From Leucoraja ocellata (lineage: Eukaryota), in the NCBI GenBank assembly GCA_036785375.1, contig JAWMAR010000098.1, positions 3,286,001-3,350,000 of the forward strand: DNA of 64,000 nucleotides, read 5' to 3'. The position numbers and the translations under genes are program-made. A model generated the notes under the pieces. It made no database searches. It worked only from the letters and a program-made list of their open reading frames with translations, and was not told the origin of the DNA. Below, piece after piece: positions 1 to 12,410 of the stretch. Numbering within the stretch: position 1 is the stretch's first letter; the number at the start of each line of letters is the position of its first letter.

Positions 1-200
1 GCTAAACAAGTAATTGAGAACCTCTCCAGGTTCGGGGACAGTTCCTTTCCAGCTGTTATCAGGCAACTAAACTAAACCATCCTATCACCAACTAGAGAGC
101 AGTCCTATCCTACCATCTACCTCATTGGAGATCCTTGGACTATCTCTAATCTGACTTTACTGGACTTTATCTTGCACTAAATGGTATTCCCTTTATCCTA

Positions 201-943
201 GGTAGACAAAACGCTGGAGAAACTCAGCGGATGAGGCAGCATCTATGGAGCGAAGGAATAGGCGAAGTTTCGGGTCGAGACCCTTCTTCAGACATGTCGG
301 GGGGAAGAGGAGGGCAGGAAAAAGAAAGGAAGAAGCGGAGACAGTAGGCTTGTGGGAGAGCTGGGAAGGGGAGAGGAAGGAGGGAGAAAGCAAGGACTAT
401 CTGAAATTGGTGAAGTCAATGTTCATACCGCTGGGGATTAAACTACCCAAGCGAAATATGAGGTGCTGTTCCTCCAATTTGCACTGGGCCTCACTCTGGC
501 AATGGAATAGGCCCAGGACAGAAAGGTCGGATTCAGAACGGGATGGGGAGTTGAAGTGCTGAGCCACCGTGAGATCAGGTTGGTTATTGCGAACTGAGCG
601 GAGGTGTTGGGCGAAGCGATCGCCAAGCCTGCGCTTGGTCTCACCGATGTAGAGAAGTTGACACCTGGAACAGCGGGTGCAGTAGATGGGGTTGGAGGAG
701 GTGCAGGTGAACCTCTGCCTCACCTGGAAAGACTGTTTGGGTCCTTGGATGGAGTCAAGGAGGCAGGTAAAGCGACAAGTGTAGCATTTCCTGCGGTTGC
801 AAGGGAAAGTACCTGGGGAGGGGGTGGTTTGGGTGGGAAGGGACGAATTGACCAGGGAGTTACGGAGGGAACGGGCTCTGTGGAAAGCAGAAAGGGGAGG
901 AGATGGGAAGATGTGGCCAGTGGTGGGAATCCGTTGGAGGACC
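201..943 (-). mobile_element. 5'-truncated Penelope-like retroelement (Neptune-like) with 14-bp TSD
   Basis: TSD ttccctttatccta at 187-200 and 944-957. It encodes a Cys-rich linker PGTFPCNRRKCYTC followed by a GIY-YIG domain, and ends in a pLTR with a hammerhead-like motif at ~261-293. Confidence 0.9.
397..723 (-). pseudogene. GIY-YIG endonuclease domain fragment of the PLE ORF
   Basis: FTCTSSNPIYCTRCSRCQLLYIGETKRRLGDRFAQHLRSV...LEEQHLIFRLGSL..GMNIDF contains the IY/CxxC/YIG motifs and the Arg and Glu residues of the PLE endonuclease. The RT domain is missing. Confidence 0.9.
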
Positions 944-3900
944 TTCCCTTTATCCTATATCTGTACACTGTGGACAGCTTGCTTGTAATCATGTATAGTC
1001 TCTCTACTGACTGGATAGCACGTCACACAAAAGCTAATTACTGGGCAGTAAACTAAACTAAACTCTAAAAGCAATTCTCTCTCTCAGTCAGCACACTGTT
1101 AGCAAACTAAAGGACAAATTATGTGACTGCAGAGGCCTTCAAACTTCAGCGGATTAAAACACTCAATTTTCATGCAAAACGCAGGTCACCAGTCATTAGC
1201 ATCAGAATAAAAACTAGACTGGTGCACTGCTTGGAAAAGACTGCCAAGCTTCATGTAATCTTTTCACTAAATATGAAATTAGTTTCAAGGGCAGTATTTG
1301 GCAACGCCGAATGAAAGGCTCCATGAGCGTTTAGTAGACAAAAGATCCTGGCAACACAAGCAGCACTTCATTAATTCTGAGGTTATGACTATTGGCTGTG
1401 TGGCTTCTATCTAATCTGTCCAAGATCGCCAGTGATATTCCAACTTCCCTCGGGGAGAAGGGTGTTATCGGGGCCTCCTTCCAAGTAATGAGTAGGAGAA
1501 ATGGCAACTGGGTTAGCTAAATCTGCAACTGCTGATCCTTTTCAACATTGCCACATAATCCAGCAGAGCAGATTCTACGCATGCTTCCTTTCTATCCGTG
1601 GGATTTCCATCTCCCAGAACAGGTACATGAAGCACTGAAAAAAGTAAGTAAATTAATCAGCAGCCACAAATCCATTTGACCCAAATTAAACAGTCACTTG
1701 CATTTCCCCGCGGATGTAATGCCCAAGGGGCCTGGGGAGATGCAGCAGAGAAAGTGAAATGAAATGCAATCAGGAAAAGGGCACAAGCTCAGGTCGCCTG
1801 CACCCAACCACTGGCATTTAACTCATGGCTTCTGCTGAGACCTGGGATCAAATCACCCTATTGCTCAATTGGTTGAAGTCGAGAGGGGAAAAAAAAAAAA
1901 AAGAAAGATGCTCGTGGAATTAAAACAAATAACTGTTAAATAATCTGGAGATGAGTGGAAACACTCACATATGGATTTGAAATAAAGACAGGAAAAGCAC
2001 TACAGTTCTGGTTTTAATAAAAAAACAAACAAAAATAACGCCTAGCATATTTTCTAGTGAAGAACTGACACCAGGAATTAATGCATCTCCTTCGTCCAGA
2101 TATTTATAAATTGTGGTGTTTCCCCAATCATTTTCTGCGCATACTTAAGTTGAATAAGGCAACTGCAATAGAGTTAAGATTGAGGAAACATTTATAACTT
2201 CTTGCATGTCTGAAGAGTGAAGAAATGGCCTCCTTCAAATATCATGAGCGATATTTTGCATCAAATAGGCTGGAATCAGTGGATGCTCATTTGATCCAAA
2301 CTGTGAGAATCCAAATTACTATTGGCTTCTCAATAAGAATCTACAATGTACAAAGTATTTACTTGAGCCGTTTTTTTCTACTCAATAGAACATTATTGAC
2401 ATCGCAATAATGCTGTAATCCAACACAAGTAATGCTAACTCCTTTTTCTTCAGGAGCACTTACATCTCTTACTGAGTAGGCCATTTTTTTCTCTTAACAA
2501 TTTACAGTTAAAAGATTGAAGGTTATTTCCCCTCTCCCATGGTCAACTGGCAGCTTTAATTGTTAATTTATCTTCATTTTTATTGGTTAAAAATCAATAG
2601 TGTAAAACATAGCCCAAGAATTCAGTACTTTTAATATCTTAATTATACATGCTCAGACAGATTGATAATTTGCAATTTATTTAAAAGACATAAGAGAACC
2701 ACATTCTTCACATGTTAGCAAGTGAGCAGAAACTGGTCACTAACACATGAGCACAATAACTGTAACAAAAAGATTAACTATGTTTGCGGAGGAGCAGCTA
2801 CAGTTCAGCCCTTACACAATTCCGTTAAAAGCTCTGAGAGTTTTGCATTGAACAGAGTTCTGCTTCCCATGTCAAATTTGGTCAGCCTGCAGCTGGGGAA
2901 CAGAACACATTGTGTCCTCCATTTTAACCGAAGGAACACCAAAGAAAAAAAAGGGGAAAATAACTGTGGGATTAACACTTTGATCTTATTTAAGAGCCTC
3001 GTGTTCACTTTCTACTGAATGTGAAGAAGGCCTTACATTTATTCTTTAAATACTGTGATAAATTAACACGACTAAAGATCGTAATGCATTGGTCTGACTT
3101 TGCAAACTCTTTGTGGATGTGCAAAAAGGTCATTTCGGTCAAGATTTTGCACACTAGATGCATGTATTTGTTTTCACGTTATTCCAGGGCCTGCTATCAT
3201 TCACACCCTGTATGAAGTCAGCAACAGGGTCTTCTCTGTGCTCCCTGACAGATACTAATGGTTGTTGGCCTCTGACTCAGTATCCAAACTGCCTGCTCTG
3301 CATTCCTGACATTAATGAAGACTTTTACTGAAGTCTGTACCTCTATTCTGTAAACAAAATGACTTCCATCTCTTCCTGTGATGTTACTTAAACACAATAC
3401 TGCCAAGATGTAAATATCTTGTAATGGTCATTTAAATTGGGCTACTAAAATATAAGAGGCTGATTTAACTCGCATGTAGCCCACAAGATAATAAACCAAG
3501 CAGAATGCCATAGCTATTCCAACATGATCAACATCTCAGCATTGTTTTGAATATATTTAAAAAGTAGAAAATCGCTGATCAATACACAACTTGAAAATAG
3601 TTGTCCAACGTTAACCCTGCTGTTCTGTAATAGTCAGTTGGGGAATGTCAATAAGATCATTTAATGTGAGTGGGTGCATTCAGTTTGTGAAACAAATCTT
3701 CAAGATAACAAAGTTGGGAGATACAGTTCAACCTCATTCTTGCTGCATTGTAAACAAGAGCACTTTTCCTTTTCGGGTAGTGATAGGGGTATAAATGCAT
3801 GAAAGGATGTGTATTACAAGCAGTAGAATTATCCTGCTCATTGATTTTAGCTCTGGGGTATTACAGAGAGCTTACTCCCGACTTTTAAACCTAAACGAGA

Positions 3901-4630
3901 CTTTAAAGGCTTATCCACAAAAGAATCTATTAAATGCAGCACATTTGAACCTTCAGCGTGAGCATTTAAAGATACCATCTTTTGTGATCAAACCGCACAT
4001 TAACATTACTACTCCCACTTTCACCAGAATGAATCAATGTACACTTACATTTGCTCGAAAATAAGTTGAGCCTATACCCCTGTTCCATTAATTATACAAT
4101 GCCTCCCAACTTGCCAACAGAAACAAAATGTTTGCCACAGACTATATCTTTTAAATGGGCGCAAGGGTGCAAATGCCATCTTTCTGCAAAATACAAACTC
4201 ATCAGTACTGTTGATCAAATCTGTTCCATCACGACTGCAATCTTATCTCTACAAACCAGCAGCAGTAACCTTGGAACATTATAAACTGGGTGGATTATTG
4301 GTATTTACTGACAATATTTTTGACCTGAAATTCACTGCAATATAACGAAACATTTATGTCACAAAAATTATAGGAAGCTTTCAAACCCCTTTTCTCTCAT
4401 TGTCTCCGTCTCATTTATCTGCCAGAACCTGTTGATCTCTAAAATGGCATCCCTTGAGTAAAGCATAGGTAATAATAGAGTGTTATCAGCAAGCATTGGT
4501 GTTGGCCATCACTCCAGCAGGCTTTCAGGCAGTTGTGGTCAATATTTATGCTATATGGTTCAACGTTCAGAAAATATAAATAATTCCTTGAAAAAAGGAA
4601 TTTCACCATGATTTTCAAAATATCAGGGAA

Positions 4631-4914
4631 GGGCAGCACAGTGGTACAGCTGATAGAGCTACTATCTCACAGCATCAGACACCCTGGGTCCGATCCTAAC
4701 CCCGAGTGCTGCCTGTGTGGAGCTTGCACGTTCTCCCTGTGACTTCCTCCCACACCTTGAAGATGTGCGGGTTGGTAGGTTAATTGACCACTGCAAATCT
4801 GTGTGCAAGGAGTGGATGAAAAGTGCGATTACGGAGCCAGGGTGAAGAAATGATCGATGGTCTCGGTGGGACTGAAGGGCTGTTTCCATGCTGAATCTTT
4901 CAATCAATCAATCA
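4631..4914 (+). mobile_element. tRNA-derived V-SINE/HE1-like SINE
   Basis: tRNA-like head (gggcagcacagtggtacagc...gggtccgatcct), a central body shared with other copies in the window, a LINE-like 3' end and a (CAAT)n tail. Confidence 0.8.
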
Positions 4915-4975
4915 AAAAAAACTATCTCTTTTACATCACGCATTCTGCCAAAATAATAAACATATGTATAAATGC

Positions 4976-5198
4976 GAAGATAGACACAAAAAGCTGTAGT
5001 AACTCAGCGGGACAGGCAGCATCTATGGAGGGAAGGAATGGGTGACGTTTCGGATCGAGACCCTTCTTCAGTCTGGAGGGATTTCGATCCGAAATATCAC
5101 CCGTTCCTTCTCTTGAGAGATGCTGCTTGTCCCGCTGAGTTACTCCAGCTTTTTGTGTCTATCTTCGGTTTAAACCAGCATCTGCAGTTCCTTCCTAC
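4976..5198. mobile_element. Foldback PLE-pLTR element with hammerhead core and 16-bp TSD
   Basis: ~90-bp inverted arms plus a 32-nt unpaired extension (5167-5198). TSD acatatgtataaatgc at 4960-4975 and 5199-5214. Confidence 0.9.
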
Positions 5199-5389
5199 AC
5201 ATATGTATAAATGCTTTCATTCGTCAGCCCCTTGACTTTGCTGGGATCTTTCAGCTCCAGAACTCATCACAGTCTAGGTCCACGTCTGTACCAAAGTTCC
5301 GAATACAAGCTCTTGACCAAGAATCAGGCAGCACTGTTGATGAGAGGGTATCAAGAAGCCTTAGCAATACTGAGCTCAATGAACGACCA

Positions 5390-6000
5390 TGGTGTTGTAT
5401 CCTAAACAAAGGAAGGTGATTGTTGTTATTCCACCCCCTTGACACCATTGCAGGAGTTTCTCAGGGTTTGTGTCCTGAAACAATCATCAATGGTTCTTCA
5501 ATGACCTTTCTTCCACTACAAAGTAAGAAGTGGGGATCGTGCAACCAATAATTGAGATGGTACGACACTCAATTCCACTTGCTCATAAAATGAATGTGGT
5601 GGATGATTGCAAAATTCAACGTTTACCACCATCCTGTAGAAAGCTGCCCAGTCAATTGGCATCACACTCTCCACTATACGTTGCGGCAAACCGTGACTTA
5701 CTAAAGATACCATCTGCAAAATGTACAGCAGTAACTCATCTCACCTGCCACCAATTCAGCAGGCGCACTGGAACACTCTCACTTCCACATTACGCATCAT
5801 CCAAACTTATAAATATATCATTGTTCCTTCACCTTGCTGAATCTAAGGTCAGGAACCACCCTTCCCGACAGCATTGTGCAGACACGCTCACCCAAAGGAC
5901 TGCAGCAATTCAAAAACAACAATTCACTATTATCTCCTCGGAAGCAATTAGGAACAGGAAATAAACATCTCCCATGCCAATGAAATGCACATCCCAAAAA
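5390..6000 (+). mobile_element. Ancient degenerate non-LTR retrotransposon 3' part (CR1/L2 group)
   Basis: Decayed RT-like sequence and a 3' segment (ggactgcagcaattcaa...gcaattagg...aataaa...gcacatccc) resembling old elasmobranch LINE ends. Confidence 0.45.
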
Positions 6001-6842
6001 AGAATCAGTAAAAAAAATATAATAATTTTAATCTCTTAATCTCCAAACACCCAATGACCCCAGGTCACATCACTGAGGATCTAGAAGATGTATATTTTTC
6101 ACACTTTATCCCTTCCCCCATCATAATAGCTGCCACACCTATGTCCATTAACCTATGTTCAATCTCTCAGACAAATTACATTGTTTCTGTTCTCTTTATT
6201 CATTGACTTGATCCACCTTGAACACCTTCTGCCCTACAACTCTGTGAGGACATTGCTTTGTTCCAACTCTTGCCCCTTGTCGATTGACAACCATTTCTTC
6301 AACAAAGTGGTATTTTCCTTCCTAAACTTCTCCATCACTCTCTCCTCAAAGATAACCCCTTTAAACTGCACTTCACTACTTCTAACATTATTTTGTTTGG
6401 CTCAGCGTCAATTTTAATCCAATTATTCTTCTGCTATGCGCCTTGGGACAAAAATTCCAACTAGATAAATATGAATGTGCTAATATTTTAAAAAGTCTTG
6501 TCGTGGCTTTATGTTGGCGATGCATATTTATTGGTTAGTTACAACTTATCCCATGCTACAGTAAAAGTTCTCAGTCACCCCAATCTTAAGGAAGATTTGT
6601 ACATCAAGAGAAATGCTATTTCCTTTGATAAATGCTACTTACATAAGGAAAGCTGCATTGAATTAGCAATCAATACAGAATTGGAATGTAGATCTCCATT
6701 CAAAGTAGATTCAGACACACCAGAGGCACACAAAGCCCAAACGTCCATGTGTCTGCGGACATGTCAAAGCCAGAGGTGTGATCATACACATTACTCAGAT
6801 AAAGGACTGTACACCACACACATGCAATTAGATAGTTCAGGT

Positions 6843-7337
6843 GGAACACAAGAAACTGCAGATGATGGAAACATGAATAAAATACAAATGCATGGGTAAC
6901 TCAGCGGGTCAGGCAACATCTGTGGAGGGAATGTATGGGTAATATTTTGGGCCAGGCCCCCTCTTCAGATTTTAGTAGGTCATAAGGAATAGGAATAGAA
7001 TTAGGCCATTCGGCCCATCAAGTCTACTCTGTCATTCAATCATGCCTGATCTATGTCTCCCTCCTAACCCCATTCTCCTGCCTTCTCCCCATAACCCCCG
7101 ACACCTGAACTAATCAAGAATCTATTTATCTATCTCTGCCTTAAAAATATCCATGGACTTGGCCTCCACAGCCTTCTGTTGCAAAGAATTCCACAGATTC
7201 GCCACCCTGAGCGGGGATCGCAGTCGGCTCTTTTCAAGCTCTCTCCCCCCACCCCCTTCTAGAATCAGTCTGAAGAAGGGTCCATTCCCCCCACAGAAGC
7301 TGTCTGACCAGCTGAGTTACTCTAGAACTTTGTGTTT
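6843..7337. mobile_element. Older foldback PLE-pLTR element with a nested CR1 3' fragment (~6977-7210, minus)
   Basis: Left arm ~6843-6970 and inverted right arm ~7265-7337 (agtctgaagaaggg...gctgagttactc) flank a CR1 3' end. Confidence 0.7.
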
Positions 7338-7462
7338 CACTACCCATTTTAGGTGTTGTCCCAGACTTCCAGGATCCCTGGATATGTACTACAGCACCAG
7401 AAGGGCTAAATCATCAATTGTCGACCCATATTCCATATCCAGATGAGTTTTGTAATCATGTA

Positions 7463-7559
7463 AGTCTGAAGAAGGGTCTCGACCCGACACGTCGCCCATT
7501 TCTCCTCTCCATTTATGTTGCCTCACCCGCTGAGTTACTCCAGTATTTTGTGTCTACCT
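7463..7559 (+). mobile_element. Solo PLE pLTR starting at a hammerhead motif
   Basis: agtctgaagaagggtctcgacccgacacgtcg...ttttgtgtctacct. The GAAA of the core is mutated to GACA. Confidence 0.8.
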
Positions 7560-8759
7560 AAGTTCTGACACCCTTCCTCAGAAAAAAACATTCTTTAGGT
7601 TTTGCACTAGAGTTCACAAAAAAAAAAAATTGGGGCCAATATTTACTACTTTCCTGGTGTTGAACCCAATAAACCAGTTAGCAATACACTGCGCAAACAT
7701 ACATCAGCAAATCTACCACCAATACTTTGCCCGGCAATGTACTGATGATGGCACGCATATGCATTTGTAAAACTACCATAGGAGTATCTGAAATGAGCTA
7801 AAAGCAAGTGATCTATCTTCCTGCTGTCCTAGTTCTGTTCTGAGCTTGTTCCACAAGAGGCTTTTCAAATTCCTCTCGATGACAGAGGTCTTGCAAGAGT
7901 AGCTTTTGAAGATTTCTTATACTTACAAGATTTCTTTTCACCCACACAGCCATGATTTAAAAGGCCCACGGGTATTGCCTTGAAAAGTGGAGGTCAGCTG
8001 CTGATTTAGATGCGTAGGTTTGCCATAATTTTAACTGGAAGGTATCCAAAGCCCTGGTGTTCTTGAAAGTCTGACTTCGAAAAGTCTGTGTCCCATTCAA
8101 AACCCTGATGGAAAAACTGTTTCTACAGAAAATAGTGATTTTTAAAAAATTCTAAAAAGGGAACTTAAACATAGTTTTAGCAGGTGCACCATCTAACTAT
8201 AAGGGGGAGGGGTAGGAGGAAATTAAATGGGGCTTACTGTAGGTCACAAACTTAGACTGAAATGTAATCACATACAGCACTTATAAGACTAGGATTGTGG
8301 ATATTAAAAACTTAGTACTTCGGGTAGAATTATTTTAGCTTTGCAGAAATATTCAGCTTTAATTTCAAAAACGCCCACTTTAAAATCTATGTATATTCAA
8401 CACTTTCAAAAGTAAGCCCCGAGTAGAACGGTGCTTTGCAGCTGCAGATTAATCTCATCTGTGCCACAGGATGAAAGAGTCAAGTTAATGAATGTTATAG
8501 CAAGTCAGAAAAAAAAGAGGATATTTACTCTTACAAAATTCAGTCCAGCCCTAACGGTGATATGCAATAAACAAAAGGCTGCCGAGTGTTTTTTTGAAGT
8601 TTCACCTTTGCATCTTTCATCGGGAAATTTTCGTTCCAACTGAAGGAACAGAGGGTCTGACCATCTTTGTGAGCTTCAATACCCGAGCATGGTAGAACAT
8701 TCTGGAATTCCTCCTCCTAATCATGTGCTTTCATTCTATCCATTCCCATGTTCAGGAGA

Positions 8760-9180
8760 GGACACAAAGTGCTGGAGTAACTCAGCGGTCAGGCAGCATC
8801 CCTGGAGAGCGTGGATAGGTAACGATTTGGATCGAGACCCTGGAAAGGGTTGAGTTCCATGTTGAGGAAGCAGGTCAGTACATGGAGCGTCGAACGAAGC
8901 CTGCTCCAACTAACTACACTTCCTATGGGTGCAGGAAAAAATAACTCACTTCTCACACAAGATTTTAGATCTGACAAATTATCTCCTAGATCACTAGTGA
9001 ATATAGTCAGGCAGCATCTGTGGAGGGAATGGACAGACAACGTTTTGGGTCAGGACCTTTCTTCTGTCTGGGACCTGATCTAAAACTTCATCTAGCCTTT
9101 CCCTCCACAGATGCTGCCTGACCCGCTGGGTTCCTCCAGCACCTTGTGCTTTGTTCAAGATTCCTGCATCTGCAGTTTTT
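8760..9180. mobile_element. Degenerate PLE pLTR pieces (8760-8850 and foldback 9007-9180)
   Basis: gctggagtaactcagcgg..caggcagcatc motif; inverted arms around ~9065-9085. Confidence 0.7.
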
Positions 9181-9567
9181 TTGCGTCTCCAGTGAATATA
9201 GTTACCTAGTTCAATAAAGAATGTCTGAACTTCCATTCTGAAATTGGGCCTTCAGCATCAGAATCATAAACATGCAACACGATGCACAAGATTCAAACAA
9301 CAACCTTCCAAATGATTCGTGTTACTTGCAGCTTCTGAGATGTCACATCACCGCCATGCAACTCATGACAACTTAATAAGACGAAAGAAGCATCTTCCAA
9401 TCTAACTTCATCACACAGGTATATATATATATATACACACACACATTGTGGGAGTGCCGATAAACTCTTATGATAAAGCCCAATTTAAAAATGCAGACAA
9501 TCAATATGCAATGCACCAAAAGTTCCACAATTTACTCACAACCACTTCAATACAGATGTGTACAATG

Positions 9568-9605
9568 TGCACACACACACACATCCATGCACACACACGC
9601 ACATG

Positions 9606-9642
<37 letters not shown>
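9568..9642. repeat. (CA)n microsatellite
   Basis: Interrupted, then pure, CA dinucleotide run. Confidence 0.95.
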
Positions 9643-9645
<3 letters not shown>

Positions 9646-9979
9646 GCCTGATCTCCACCTGCAGTGAATTGGTAATAGTGAAAGGCAGTAGAAATATGAT
9701 GAACTCTAGATTGTAGTCTCTTACCAAGTGGATGCAGCGTGATATAACCGGGCGCAGTCCAGCTTACAGAACTTCCCTTCTCTCTACACCATCTAGTCCA
9801 GGAATGATAACATCATCAGCTAAAGCATAAACTAACAAGCATCACTTCTTAGCAATGTCCTTTTCCTTAGATAAAGAGTATTTTTTTAATCTAATCAGAA
9901 CTCCAAAATGAGCCTTGGAACTATTAGGATTCTTCCTCCCATTGCTCTATCCAGGACCATCAGCGATAAACATGGTCCA

Positions 9980-10545
9980 GGCAGGTGCAGCATAGGTTCA
10001 CCTGCACCTCCTCCAACCTCATCTATTATTCCGTTGCTCTAGATGTCAGCTGCTCTACATCGGTGAGACCAAGCGTAGGCTTGGCGATCGCTTCGCCCAA
10101 CACCTCCGCTCAGTTCGCCAACCTGATCTCCCGGTGGCTCAGCACTTCAACTCCCCCCTCCCATTCCGAATCCGACCTTTCTGTCCTTGGCCTCCTCCAT
10201 GGCCAGAGTGAGGACCACCGTAAATTGGAGGAGCAGCACCTCATATTTTGCTTGAGCAGTCTATTTTGCTTGAACATTGACTTCTCTAATTTCAGGTAGT
10301 CCTTACGTTCTCCTCCCCTTCTCAGCTCTCCCTCAGCCCACTGGCTCCTCCTCGGCCTTTCTTCTTCCCGCATCCCCAACCCCCACCCCCCCCCCCGCCC
10401 CGCCCCCATCCTCACATCAGTCTGAAGAAGGGTATCGGCCCGAAACATTGGCTATTTCCTTTGCTCCATAGATGCTGCCTGACCCGCTGTTACTCCAGCA
10501 CTTTGAGTTTTTCTAAGTAAATCAGCGCCTGCTGTTCCTTGCATT
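9980..10545 (+). mobile_element. Penelope-like element 3' part (frameshifted GIY-YIG plus pLTR)
   Basis: Homologous to 201-943 (RFTCTSSNLIY...DLSVLGLLH..LEEQHLIF..NIDFSNFR). Hammerhead-like motif cagtctgaagaagggtatcggcccgaaacatt at ~10418-10449. Confidence 0.88.
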
Positions 10546-11542
10546 TACCGTCCTTTGTTATTTGTGTGAAAACCAGGAAGAATGTTCTTGCTCCATCAAG
10601 GTCTATGAGAATATAACAATGATGGAAACCAGGGACGGCTATTACTGCACTGCTCTGAGGATACATGAAATAAGTGATCCTTACAGTTGCAATTAGGATT
10701 TTAACTATTTAAAAGGGCATGGATTCTATGAAAAGGTGGAATTGACACCTGAAAACAGGCAGGCGCCCTGGATAGCCAAGAGAAAATCCCTTTCAAAATG
10801 GCAGCAGACAAACCTGAAGCTTTAATGGGGCTGTAAATCTACCAACCCAATTTTAAGGCCATCACCACCTCGTTAACACCGATTTTGATCAGTCAAAAAT
10901 CACCTCACACCTCTCAGACACCTCCTTTCAAGTCCCAAGTCACTCCAGCTTTAGCTCATAAACTTGACCTCAACCTGAAAGATCTGATGGTCTCTCCATG
11001 TACTGCCCCCAAGGCCTGAATGCCTCTCCTCAGCTCCAAGAATGGTCAAAGGGCTCTAAGTGTGGATTACCTATGTTCTGGCTTGGCACATTTTGATCAT
11101 GATTTCTTCTTACTTCTGCTCTACAGTTTTACTTACAACAACTCACAATCCCATTGGTTTTATTGATTGTCTGTCCACGTAAGTTGGAAACATTGAATGC
11201 CGATTCCACTAAAATTTATATCAATTGTTCTTCATCTGGATTTAATGAATTTTGCAAACAGAACTTCAACAATACATGTTGTAGTAATACGTGAATTATA
11301 CAGGCAGAGACATGTGGAATAGTTTTAGCATAAGGCTTCAAGTTACTCCATTTATTTGCGTTTGTTGGCTTTGTTGCATGCAAACAAGCTGTCATCTTTG
11401 TCTATAGCTCTGAACCATCACAACATTTTGAAAGCAATTCATTTCATTTGCTGGAAAGCATCACAGGATTTCATAAGAACAATATTTTAAATTAATTCAA
11501 GTACGTTTTAAATTAAGGAAATCAAACACCAATGAAGTCAGG

Positions 11543-11880
11543 AAGAAACAAGGAGCCGCGGATGCTGGTTTACTAAATAAAATACACAAAGTGCTGGAGT
11601 AACTCAGCGGGTCAGGAAGCACATCTGGAGAACATGGGTAGGTCATGTTTTGAGTCGGGGCCCTTATTCAGACATTGTGAGGTGGGGTGGGGGAAAAGTA
11701 AGTTGGGAGAAGGGAGAGGCAGGACAAAGTGTGGCAGGTGATAGATGAACGCAGTCGGGGGGGGGGGGGGGGGGCGGGGATTGGATAGGCAAACAGCTGG
11801 AACAGAGGGCAGACATTAAAACAGAAAGTGTGAGACAAAAGGATTGAAGAATTGCAAATTGTGAAGGTGGACATGTTATT
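11543..11880 (-). mobile_element. PLE 3'UTR/pLTR fragment
   Basis: pLTR motif (gatgctggttt...gctggagtaactcagcggg...ttcagac) followed by a purine-rich 3'UTR complementary to 16850-17050. Confidence 0.7.
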
Positions 11881-11988
11881 GCCACCTCTATGTCTGAATG
11901 GGGAAATGACTGAAGATGGAGATTGTTCACAGCAGAACAATAACGAGCATGAGCTACTGCTGAATTGCCATTTGCCCAATCATTGATT

Positions 11989-12119
11989 GATTCTGAAGAA
12001 GGGTGTCGGCCCGAAACATTGCCTATTTCCTTCGCTCCATAGATGCTGCTGCACGCGCTGAGTTTCTCCAGCATTTTTGTCTACCTTCGATTTTCCAGCA
12101 TCTGCAATTTCTTCTTAAA
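11989..12119 (+). mobile_element. Solo PLE pLTR with 8-bp TSD
   Basis: Begins gattctgaagaagggtgtcggcccgaaac. TSD cattgatt at 11981-11988 and 12120-12127. Confidence 0.8.
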
Positions 12120-12158
12120 CATTGATTAGTTTAGTTTAGTATACTTTAGTTTAATTTA

Positions 12159-12410
12159 AGGGCCTGTCCCACTTGGCGATTTTTTTCAGCGACTGTCGGC
12201 ATCATTGACTGATGTATCAGGTCACCGAAAAAGTCGCGGCGAGATGCGGCGTGACGACGTATTGACGCGCGGTGTCTCCTCAAGTGTCGCAACATTTTTT
12301 TTTGTCGCCGCTGGATTTGAAATATTCAAAATCTTTTGGCGACCCTGATACGTCAGTCAATGACGCCGGCTGTCGCCGAAAAAAATTGCCAAGTGGTTCA
12401 GACAGGCCCT
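12159..12410. mobile_element. PIF/Harbinger-type MITE (family A)
   Basis: ~70-bp imperfect TIRs starting agggcctgtcccact, with a 4-bp ttca insertion in the right TIR. TTA TSD at 12156-12158 and 12411-12413. It sits in the (TTTAG)n tail of a SINE. Confidence 0.88.

Larger units (their letters stand above)
24..1064 (+). mobile_element. Rex1/Babar-type LINE 3' end, interrupted by a Penelope-like insertion
   Basis: From ~26 it reads SRFGDSSFPAVIRQLN, the typical Rex/Babar ORF C-terminus. The 3'UTR resumes after 944 and ends in an (AACTA)n tail near 1050-1063. A related 3'UTR piece lies at ~23820-23925. Confidence 0.7.

Noticed and set aside
604-1056. 150-aa plus-strand ORF
   Set aside because: It is the antisense frame of the PLE ORF and runs across the TSD into the Rex/Babar 3'UTR.
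4976-5198. miRNA precursor or DNA-transposon MITE interpretation of the hairpins
   Set aside because: The arms match PLE pLTRs, are asymmetric, and have variable 7-16 bp TSDs, unlike the fixed TSDs of DDE transposons. Small-RNA production cannot be judged from sequence.
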